NCBI RefSeq assembly: GCF_032444005.1
Contig: NC_091284.1
Span: 195,052,001 to 195,116,000, forward strand
Source of the DNA: Ranitomeya imitator
Taxonomy: Eukaryota
Reading direction: 5' to 3'
DNA length: 64,000 nucleotides
A program made the translations under genes and the position numbers. Below the pieces are notes generated by a model. The model searched no databases and was not told where the DNA came from. It worked only from the letters and a program-made list of their open reading frames with translations. Positions 50,329 through 61,314 of this stretch are shown piece after piece. The stretch's first letter is position 1. Each line of letters begins with the position of its first letter.

Positions 50329-50368
50329 CCCCACGCGTATCGCCTCCCAAATGAGGCTTCGTCAGGGG
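50329..50368 (-). ncRNA. Degenerate minimal type I hammerhead ribozyme motif (PLE type)
   Basis: Minus strand reads ccc CTGACGA a gcctc atttgg gaggc GATA cgcgt g ggg. It has GATA instead of GAAA, and G at the cleavage position. Confidence 0.6.
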
Positions 50369-52203
50369 AAGTATGTGCCCAGCCAATAAACGGGTGTTTA
50401 TATAGAACCACAATTATGTCTAGAGCTCTTACCGGTGTATGTATGCGTCTGGCCATGAGAGCTGCAGCGCCACCTCCAAAACCGGAAGCGGAAATGACAG
50501 AACTAGAGGCTCGAAAGCCCGGCATGTAGAATAACCGCAGGATGCACATGAACCGCGCGTGCGCAGTAATGTCCAAAGCAGCCCCGTAGCAACAGGAGCT
50601 GCGATCACCCCCAAGCCATTAACAGCGCACCCAAGCAATCACAAAGACCGGCGCACTAAGCGCCCACATATAAGCACAAAAGTGCACACAAGGCACACCT
50701 GCATAATATAATAATATGCAGTATTTACAAAAGGGGCGCAGTCAGGAAGAAAACTGCAGTCTCCCTCAAACCGAGAACAGCACACCTGGAGGACTACACG
50801 GCCCAGCGTGCCCAGCACCGCCTAAAGGCAAAGGGTGCATGGGCCACGCATGCACCATAGTACTAGAAAAAATACAATCAAAATACAGAAACGCCTGTAT
50901 AGTATAAGCGCCTGTATAAGAATTAGCACCATAGTGCAGAAACCATGTAAATAAATAAACTAGCGCGCGTCCGCGACTAGTATCAAACAGATATCCCTCT
51001 TAATGTATGCCAATAGACATGAGTCCCTCCCTGCGTATGCCCGGGAAATATTCCCGAGCCGGCGCAGACAGGTTACAAAAATAAATAGAAAGGAAGAACA
51101 AGGGCCCAGGTAGAGGAGAAAAGAAGAGAGTGTAAAGCACTACAATCCCCCACAGATATATAGAAGCCAAAAGAGCGATCGAACCTACAAACCAGGGGGC
51201 AAGATATATCTCACTTACACATGGATACCAATCCACACCTATAGACTCAAGGGACCACATATACAATCACATACACAATCAACCCATATAGAAACCATCC
51301 ATGTAAGGGGTCTCACACATACCCATACATACAACACAACACATGACAACTATACCTACACAAAACAACCCATATATACAACATGTATACATAGCAAAAC
51401 CTCACATATCCCATAATGCCTAAAGGGGGGGAAAAAAAAAAAAAAAAAGGGGGGGGGGGAAGGGAGGGAAAAGGTGGAGGTGGACGGGGAAGGGGAAAAA
51501 AGGACATACAACAAATCACCACACTAAAACAATAATAATAATAAACAAATAACACAATAATTAAATATTTATTGTATATGATATATAATGTAATGTATCT
51601 TAATTAGACACTAGTCCAAGAATAGGTATATCTAAGGCCACAAGAGGGAATAATAATGTGGGACCAGCCCATCCCTAATAAGACTATATATGCTTCGAAA
51701 GGCCTACCTAAAAAACTACTATCCCACGTATCCAAGCACCATACCACGAACCCCCCCACACGTACTACCATATGCATAAACCACAAGCCCGTACCCATGA
51801 GCCAACCTAAATCTCCAATACTACCCCCATGAGCCAAACAAGCATATATTATATAATAAATGGCACAATATCCAAGGGGGAAGGACAAAATCAGTATTGG
51901 GGAAAAAGAAAATCACTATTATTTTTAATCCCACGGTAGCCTAGAATCCAAAAATGGGAATGATATCCAAATGAAGAGCCGTCCATGATATATGCTTCAT
52001 TCTCATCCTAGATTCCATATATGTAGCATCTTTTCTCTGACTCCACAGGAGGGCAACTTAGGAATCATAACCAAATGAAGAACCATCCATGATGTATGCT
52101 TCATGCTCATCCTAGATTCCATATATGTAGCATCTTTTCTCCGACTCCACAAAAGGGCAAGAAGAAGGAAAGGACACAGTCCAATAGTCCACATGTGCGT
52201 AGA

Positions 52204-52937
52204 TTAGCCAAGGAATCCGGTGAATAGCAGCTCCTCATTCAAACCTGTAGGAGCAACAGATCTCAAATTAAAAATCCACCGTGACTCTACTTGGAGTAGG
52301 CGTTTTGTGGGGGAGCCCCCCCTCTCCGACATAAAGATCTTTTCTAATCCAATCACCCGTATATTCATGGTACTCCCAGAATGGTGTGTTAGGAAGTGGG
52401 CCGCCACCGAGGTCAGGGTCCTCCCCTTATCACTATCACTTCTTGCCAGATTGATAGTAGAGAAGTGTTTTTGGACCCTCCGTCGCAATTCCTGAGAGGT
52501 CTGGCCCACATAGACCATCTTGCAAGGACAGATAAGAGCATAAATGACATATCTTGTCCTGCAGTTGATATACCCCCCAAGCTTATATGTCACACCAGCG
52601 ACGGGATTTTGAAAAAATTCCCTAGTTGGACCCATGTGGGGACAGATGTTACAGTCCCCACAGGGAAAAGACCCCCTAAGCCTCACCCCACGATTAAGCC
52701 GGGTAGTCTGTCGTTTGTAATGACTTTTAACCAGGAGGTCCCTCAAATTGGGTGCCCTCCTGGCTACCAAGAGAGGCCGTTCACCAACAATATTAGAGGT
52801 ATTCAAATCCGTGGTGAGAATGCCCCAATGCCTACGTAAGATGCCCCCCAATTGTGACCAATGCGTGTTATAATTGGTTATAAACCTGGGAACATTGTCC
52901 CGTACCTTGCGTGTCGAGTTCAATAAAGACTCCTGTG
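52204..52937 (-). pseudogene. PLE ORF C-terminus: RT thumb/linker, CxxC and GIY-YIG endonuclease
   Basis: PNLRDLLV, CGDCNIC, INCRTRYVIYALICPCKMVYVGQT..LRRRVQKH, and ESRWIFNL...PTGLNEE. The N-terminal MAHGESK...TLK comes from the inverted repeat. Confidence 0.9.
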
Positions 52938-53198
52938 TCTTGAGGGTTTGTGAGTTACCCTCCTGGTTACTCTTAGATTCCCCATGAGCCATTAGGTAGG
53001 ATAGTATTGTTATATATGCTTAGTATATCCTATGGGCTTGGTGACAGACTGTATTATTGTTTAAATATATGAACATGTATTTTTGTATCCAGGTGGTCTG
53101 TGGTGATATAGTGTTTTTAATTGTTTTTATTGTTTTGCCAATAAAGTGTTTTTTGTAATTTGTTTATATATCGGGTGGTGTGCAACTTTGTAGCAGTG

Positions 53199-53232
<34 letters not shown>

Positions 53233-53559
53233 CTTTCCTTTGTATATGTTATTTTCTGCTACATGCACCCCCTGTTCATATGTGACTGCTATGGTTGTGC
53301 GCCTACACCCCCTTTTTGTTCTCGCATTATCCAATAAAGTCACAATTAAGCAAGCAGATTATTCAAGAGGAAAACTAGGACCTCCTGGAATTTAAAATAT
53401 ATTACTTATCTTAGAGCAGTTTAAATCAGTGCTCTACACATTCCTTGATTGTGGACTATTAATTTTATTAATTACATCTCTTTCTTTTCTAACCCCTTTT
53501 TCCCTAAGCCACAGTGCTCAGTGAGCCAAGGAATTAATTTAACAAAAACTTCTAACATT

Positions 53560-53900
53560 TAATTTATTGATTTGGATGAACAGTCGGAATTAGGACTTAG
53601 ATTAGATGGGATAAGGACAAAGAAGTAGGTGGCCATAACTCAAATTCATAGCACGAACAGATACAGTGGTAAGAGAATTAAGAGGTATGTTAGTTTGACT
53701 AAGCCATGACAAATTTAGAGATGTAAATCAGAAGTAGGGCAAGGAGCTTAGGACATTTCCCACCCTGAGAAAACTGTCTGCTGATTCAGGGATGATGATG
53801 TTTGTATGGAGGATAGCACATAGGAAATATAACTGTGCGACAAGGAAGTGATGTCTACAGAGGAGGCCAGTAGTGGTATCAACAAAAAATAGCAGAGCTG
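53560..53900 (-). mobile_element. Possible decayed L2 3' fragment
   Basis: Only patchy resemblance to the L2 ORF2 C-terminus (actactggcctcct, atccctgaatcagcag). Confidence 0.3.
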
Positions 53901-55589
53901 ATTTTCACAAATGATTTTCTAAGGCCATATGGACTTCTCTTGCAGTCAGCTAACAAGCAGTTGAGGCCTCAACTGGTGTTGGTGGAGGAGGCTCAAAAGC
54001 ACATGAAAGCTCTGGTGTTATGGCAATATGCAATAAACGTTTTCACCACCACGACGATAATCAATCTATCACAGTCTGCAGGCTTTGCAGCCACAAAATG
54101 GATGTGGACATCACCTCACATATTGACTAGAATCTTTAGCTCTCCATTAGAACATAAAGTGGCATATCTTGGGAAAAGAAAATTAACTAGCAATATGAAC
54201 AAGGCACTAGCACTAGCTATCCTCCTTATGATTCTGATTTTGTGCACACATGTTTTAGTAATACAATTTTACATTCTTAAACATGAAACAATATTGCAGC
54301 CTGTTATTGCTGCTGATTTTTGGATGTCAACATATGATTTCTTGTTCAGTCCTTTTTGGGAAGTGATAAATTGTGTTTAAAAACAGTGAAAAAAGTTAAA
54401 CATACTATAGTAAAAATAAATGGCAAAAGGTAAAGTGGCAATAGCAATGAACGCAGTAATATAAAAAAAATCATACTGTGGCATCAGGCAATAAGGCAAC
54501 AAGAATGCGGAAATAGTACTGTCAGTTGGTCATAATTGGCCTCCTTTACCTTCTAATGGTAAGGAGAAAGCAGAGGACATTTTTAATACATAGCACATCA
54601 CTCATGTGAGCCACATTGGGATGACGTTACCTCTGACAGTGACACTGTCAGTTTGAGTCAGTGTTCTTCATAGACCTCTTACTCTGATCACTAATAAGAT
54701 AAAGAAAAAAAGTGTTATTCTTTAAGCTTGATCAAATTTCAGCACCTGGTTTGAAATTCTATTCTTGTATTTTTTCATTTTTAACTAAGAGGCAAATGTA
54801 CCAGCTGAAATTCCAGAGAAAGGAATTGAAGACCCTGGCCTAACCATGAGCTATTTATTTGAAATGTGTTTTAGGGACAGGCATGACAATATTTTTCAAC
54901 AATTTTTTGGTTTGACTTTTTTGATAAAACTTTAGCCATACACATTATTTTGTTGCCATGTTTTCATTACTTTATGACAATTCTATTTTATACAATAAAA
55001 TACTAAAATGATTCTGTCAGACCCATAATAAGACAATAGTATCAGTCAGAATCTATAACAAAATTAATCAAAACATATCATCACATCCATCAAACCAAAC
55101 CCAAACCATAACCATCCAGTAAAATAAATTACGGTAATTGCCAAACTAAGCTAAAACATTATGATAACATTTGAGCAAGACACAAAACAAAATGTAATAC
55201 AGCCTGTGATTCAATTTGGAGGAAAATAGTTGTATTCCTTTTATTTGAACATATACGGCAAAGTCTAAATAATACTATGCTCCGTTTATTCATTCATGTT
55301 ACATTAAAATGAATCATTATGTAAAGTTTATTTTTATTGGCACATGTCTACATATTAAACACTATATAAATATGATGTAATTGAGGGGATTGTCACACAT
55401 AGATTTGCTGTGGATTTTCCCTTTGTATTTTATCTGCTGTTGGGAGTATTTCCTAAAATTTAGAAACATCCTTAGGGGTGAACGCATGTGGGGGTGCAAG
55501 CGAGCATCATAGAAGCAAAGCATCCCGAAGATAAGCATCGAGATAATGCAGTTATTCCATGGCAGTTAGTCAGGGCAGGAGTCATGTAA

Positions 55590-56406
55590 CCAACACTCTC
55601 CTCTCTCTTCTATCCATGTGCTTTATTCCTGTCCTCCTATGTTCCCTTGCCATACACATCCACCGCTCCATCCCTCCTACATCATTACTCATATTCATCA
55701 GCTCCTCTATCTTTCCCTCTCCCATGTACAGCTTCCATGCACTTCTCACGTTCCTGAAAAACCTCAGCCGATCTTGCCCAAACACATTGCACACTATTTG
55801 CTGTTTATCCTCCTACTCCTTCTGATCCCAGGGAATATTTCCCCCAACCCAGGTCCACCATCCCCCAACTTCAACCCCTATCCTACCTTGTATTATAACC
55901 ACACTAATCTTATTAATATTACTTGCACTCCTTCATATCCTTCTTTTAATTGTGCCTTTTGGAATCCATGGTCTGTTTCTGAACAATTACTTTCTGAACA
56001 ACTCTCTGAATCTGTTGGCCCTCACTGAAACCTGGATTCAGGATTCTGACACGGTCTCCCCTGCTGCCATGGTGGCCTACAATTCTCCCATTCCCATAAA
56101 CAGACATGGTTATGGAGTCGGCATACTCCTGTTCCCACAATGCACCTTCCAGGTCATCCCCCCAGTTCCATCACTCTCATTTCCTTCTTTTGAGGTCCAC
56201 ACCATCAGGCTCTTTCGTCCCCTCTCCCTCAAAGCAGCAGTCATATATCGGCCCCCAGGCTTGTGCACCCAGTTTCTTGACCACTTCTCAGACAGGCTGC
56301 CACACTTCATGTCCTCAGAACTCCCAACCCTTACCCTGGGAGACTTCAACATCCCCATAAACAACCCCACTTCCACATATGCATCCCAGCTTCTATCACT
56401 AACCAC
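55590..56406 (+). mobile_element. L2/CR1-clade LINE fragment: 2A-like motif and AP endonuclease, interrupted by the hAT element
   Basis: LLLLLIPGNISPNPGP, NCAFWNP, LALTETWI, GVGILL, VIYRPPG and LGDFNI, with frameshifts. Confidence 0.85.
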
Positions 56407-57589
56407 TAGAGTTGAGCGACCTTGACCTTTTTAGAGTCGAGCCGGGTTTCGCGAAACCCGACTATCTCAAAAGTCGGGTCGAGTGAAATCGGCCGATTAT
56501 GACGTAAAGTCGGGATCGACCGAAACACGAAACCCAATGCAAGTCAATGGGGCAGCATAGTCGGCAGTGAGTGGGGGCCAGGAAAACACCTAGAGTGCCC
56601 ATTTTAATGTCAAAACCATCCATTCTTCTTAATGAAGCTTGTCAAGCGTAATTTACCTTATAATAATTGGAAGGCATTTGAAATTGGGGTTCATTTGGCT
56701 AAAGTTGTGGTGGGTAGGGCTGGTTCAAGTAATTAGTGGGCCCAGGAAATCTGGACCACGTCACTGCAGTGGTGCAGGGAGAGGTAAGTATTTCAACTTT
56801 GCAAGTGCTGTGAACCTGAGCAAGCAGGGGGGGCCCACTCGTTGGCATTGGCACTGGCACAGGGCCCCTCAAAGTACAGCAGTGTGTTTGCACGGCGGGG
56901 GCGCCTCCCACCGGCAGCAACACTTTTGCGTACTATGAGAGGCCCTGTGCCAGTGACGTCGCCAACTAGTATTCCTCCCCCCACCTGATGAAGGAACCTG
57001 CACTTTCATCTGCACCTTCCTGTTTGTCCCCGTGTAAGGTGGTATGGTATGCGGGAAGGGGGACCTGACTTTCAGCAGGGTCACAATCTTGCAGTGTAGC
57101 GTGCACGGGAAATGTTGCGTTATGGGTCAATGTACCAGCAGACTCATCTATCACTGGCTGGGCAATGGGCAGGATGAGGAGGAAACACAGATATAGGCCC
57201 AAATAATAAAGTGGGCTAAATGCAGTTCAAAATTGGTAACACAGGACTAATCAGGGGGCATTGCAGTGGAGGACAACTGGAATGAGAGGCTGACACAGAG
57301 AGTAGGCCCAAATCAGTAAGTAGTCGAAATGCAGTTCAAAATTGGCAACAGTAGTAAACAGGCGGCACAGCTTTGTTCAGTGGAGGAGAACAGCAAGGAG
57401 TGGCAGACACCGATAGTAGGCCCCAACCCAACTAGTAGGCCAAATGCAGTCTAACAATAACAACTACTTAACGAGCGCCTGAAAACAGAATTTCAGGACA
57501 GGAAACCAGCAGAACAGCAAGGAGTGGCAGACACCGATAGTAGGCCCCAAACCAACTAGTACGCCAAATGCAGTTGTTCCGTTTAACCA

Positions 57590-58990
57590 CAATTTAATGA
57601 GAGCCTGAAGATAGAAGTTCAGGAAAGGCAACCTGGAGAACACCTTGGAGTGGAACACACCATCTCTCTACACCCCATACCCAATTTGTAGGTCTAATGC
57701 AGCGTAGTTTCCAACAACTACTAAACGAGAGCATGATGATCGAAGCATTGGCGAGGAAACCTGGGGAACACCTTGGAGTGGAACACACCATCTCTCTACA
57801 CCCCATACCCAATTTGTAGGCCTAATGCAGCGTAGTTTCCAACAACTACTAAACGAGAGCCGGAAGATCGAAGCTCAGGAAAGGCAACCTGGAGAACACC
57901 TTGGAGTGGAACACACCATCTCTCTACACCCCATACCCAATTTGTAGGCCTAATGCAGTGTAGTTTCCAAGAACTACTTAACGAGAGTCGGAAGATCGGA
58001 GCTCAGGAAAGGCAACCTGGAGAACACCTTGGAGTGGAACACACCATCTCTCTACACCCCATACCCAATTTGTAGGCCCAATGCAGCGTAGTTTCCAACA
58101 ACTACTAAACGAGAGCATGATGATCGAAGCATTGGCGAGGAAACCTGGGGAACACCTTGGAGTGGAACACACCATCTCTCTACAGTGGAACACACCATCT
58201 CTCTACACCCCATACCCAATTTGTAGGCCTAATGCAGCGTAGTTTCCAACAACTACTAAATGAGAGCCGGAAGATCGAAGCTCAGGAAAGGCAACCTGGA
58301 GAACACCTTGGAGTGGAACACACCATCTCTCTACACCCCATACCCAATTTGTAGGCCTAATGCAGTGTAGTTTCCAAGAACTACTAAACGAGAGCCGGAA
58401 GATCGAAGCTCAGGAAAGGCAACCTGGAGAACACCTTGGAGTGGAACACACCATCTCTCTACACCCCATACCCAATTTGTAGGCCCAATGCAGCGTAGTT
58501 TCCAACAACTACTAAACGAGAGCATGATGATCGAAGCATTGGCAAGGAAACCTGGGGAACACCTTGGAGTGGAACACACCATCTCTCTACACCCCATACC
58601 CAATTTGTAGGCCTAATGCAGCGTAGTTTCCAACAACTACTAAACGAGAGCATGATGATCGAAGCATTGGCGAGGAAACCTGGGGAACACCTTGGAGTGG
58701 AACACACCATCTCTCTACAGTGGAACACACCATCTCTCTACACCCCATACCCAATTTGTAGGCCTAATGCAGCGTAGTTTCCAACAACTACTAAACGAGA
58801 GCCGGAAGATCGAAGCTCAGGAAAGGCAACCTGGAGAACACCTTGGAGTGGAACACACCATCTCTCTACACCCCATACCCAATTTGTAGGCCTAATGCAG
58901 CGTAGTTTCCAACAACTACTAAACGAGAGCCGGAAGATCGAAGCTCAGGAAAGGCAACCTGGGGAACACCTTGGAGTGTAACAAACCCTC
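57590..58990. repeat. 128-bp minisatellite, ~11 copies, two unit variants and two 23-bp internal duplications
   Basis: caccttggagtg anchors at 57641, 57769, 57897, 58025, 58153, 58304, 58432, 58560, 58688, 58839 and 58967. Confidence 0.92.
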
Positions 58991-59452
58991 TCTCTACACC
59001 ACGGAAGGGCTGATTCTTAGGAAGGAAGGCTGTTGGAAAGAAGCAGGGCGCGTCCGAGGTTGATTATATTCTTATTAGGTATATACTCACCCTCGGACGT
59101 GCCCTGCTTCTTTATTTGTAATGAATGTTTATTTGCAATGTGGTTTTGACTTACTCTATTTTTTTGGTAAATAATGATTTTATTATTTTCATTGTTTTGC
59201 ATCTTCTTGGCAATAATATAAAGAAGACGCGACAGGACAACACTCGGTGGATGCCATATCTGTGTTTAAAATTGAAAAAACCTTTCAGTTAACTACTTGC
59301 AGGAGAAAGTTATTGTAGCTGGTGGCCATTTTTAGTACTGTACCAGATTTTTGTTGTATGTGTTTGTTTTTAATGTTAAAATGTCTGCATTTGATATCTC
59401 TCCAGTATTTTCTTTTTTATAAGCAAAATACTTATTTTTATATTTTCTGATG

Positions 59453-60846
59453 TTGGTTCCAGGGGTACACGGGCAGCAGTGGTGTGGTCAGTGGAGGCCT
59501 AGTGGAAGGAGTGACCGCAGACAGGCATCGAAGGCCTAAAATAATAACACATGGCTGTAGGCAATTTTAAATTGGTTCCAGGGGTACACGGGCAGCAGTG
59601 GTGTGGTCAGTGGAGGCCTAGTGGAAGGAGTGACCGCAGACAGGCATCGAAGGCCTAAAATAATAACACATGGCTGTAGGCAATTTTAAATTGGTTCCAG
59701 GGGTACACGGGCAGCAGTGGTGTGGTCAGTGGAGGCCTAGTGGAAGGAGTGACTGCAGACAGGCATCGAAGGCCTAAAATAATAACACATGGCTGTAGGC
59801 AATTTTAAATTGGTTCCAGGGGTACACGGGCAGCAGTGGTGTGGTCAGTGGAGGCCTAGTGGAAGGAGTGACCGCAGACAGGCATCGAAGGCCTAAAATA
59901 ATAACACATGGCTGTAGGCAATTTTAAATTGGTTCCAGGGGTACACGGGCAGCAGTGGTGTGGTCAGTGGAGGCCTAGTGGAAGGAGTGACCGCAGACAG
60001 GCATCGAAGGCCTAAAATAATAACACATGGCTGTAGGCAATTTTAAATTGGTTCCAGGGGTACACGGGCAGCAGTGGTGTGGTCAGTGGAGGCCTAGTGG
60101 AAAGAGTGACCGCAGACAGGCATCGAAGGCCTAAAATAATAACACATGGCTGTAGGCAATTTTAAATTGGTTCCAGGGGTACACGGGCAGCAGTGGTGTG
60201 GTCAGTGGAGGCCTAGTGGAAGGAGTGACCGCAGACAGGCATCGAAGGCCTAAAATAATAACACATGGCTGTAGGCAATTTTAAATTGGTTCCAGGGGTA
60301 CACGGGCAGCAGTGGTGTGGTCAGTGGAGGCCTAGTGGAAGGAGTGACCGCAGACAGGCATCGAAGGCCTAAAATAATAACACATGGCTGTAGGCAATTT
60401 TAAATTGGTTCCAGGGGTACACGGGCAGCAGTGGTGTGGTCAGTGGAGGCCTAGTGGAAGGAGTGACCGCAGACAGGCATCGAAGGCCTAAAATAATAAC
60501 ATATGGCTGTAGGCAATTTTAAATTGGTTCCAGGGGTACACGGGCAGCAGTGGTGTGGTCAGTGGAGGCCTAGTGGAAAGAGTGACCGCAGACAGGCATC
60601 GAAGGCCTAAAATAATAACACATGGCTGTAGGCAATTTTAAATTGGTTCCAGGGGTACACGGGCAGCAGTGGTGTGGTCAGTGGAGGCCTAGTGGAAGGA
60701 GTGACCGCAGACAGGCATCAAAGGCCTAAAATAATAACACATGGCTGTAGGCAATTTTAAATTGGTTACAGGGGTACACGGGCAGCAGTGGTGTGGTCAG
60801 TGGAGGCCTAGTGGAAAGAGTGACCACAGACAGGCATCGAAGGCCC
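59453..60846. repeat. 119-bp minisatellite, ~11.7 near-identical copies
   Basis: ttggttccaggggtacacgggcagc... recurs every 119 bp from 59453 to 60762. Confidence 0.95.
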
Positions 60847-61314
60847 AACAAAACAAAAATGTCAATACAATGGTATTGTCAGTGGCAGGCATTGAAGGAT
60901 GTCAGCGCATAGACTAAACATTGGTGGAGCTGTGAGATAATTTTGCAAGTGGTAGAGCACTGTTTGAGCTGGGGGGGGAACTGTCTTGTGGCCGGCGGTA
61001 CAGGCCCAGGGCCCCTCATATTACAACGGTGTGTCTGACGTTGGGTGCGCACCACCACCGCCAGAGACACTTTATTGTACTGGGAGGGACCCAGTGGCAG
61101 TGCCGTCGACCAAAAGCGGGCACACCCTCCTCTTCAGACAAACTGCACTCTCACGGGTGCTGTCGCCAAGGGTCGATACCACGGCCCCGTGTGGGGAGTT
61201 TGGCCATTTAGTGAGGTGTAAACATGTCGTATGCTGGACAATCAGGTGCAGAAAATTACGAGGCTGGAAAAGGCATTCAGAATAGTCCACAGGCAAGACC
61301 TTTTCATAGGAAAG

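Larger units (their letters stand above)
49895..53323 (-). mobile_element. Penelope-like element (PLE), 5'-truncated with an inverted copy of its 3' end
   Basis: GIY-YIG ORF. Inverted repeat between ~49894-50175 and 52938-~53245. 15-bp direct repeat gcattatccaataaa at 49880-49894 and 53324-53338. Confidence 0.85.

Noticed and set aside
53940-54380. 146-aa plus-strand ORF
   Set aside because: No recognisable motifs or splice context, and it is adjacent to decayed repeat sequence.
57590-60846. CRISPR-like arrays
   Set aside because: The units are tandem with no unique spacers, there are no cas genes, and the context is eukaryotic.
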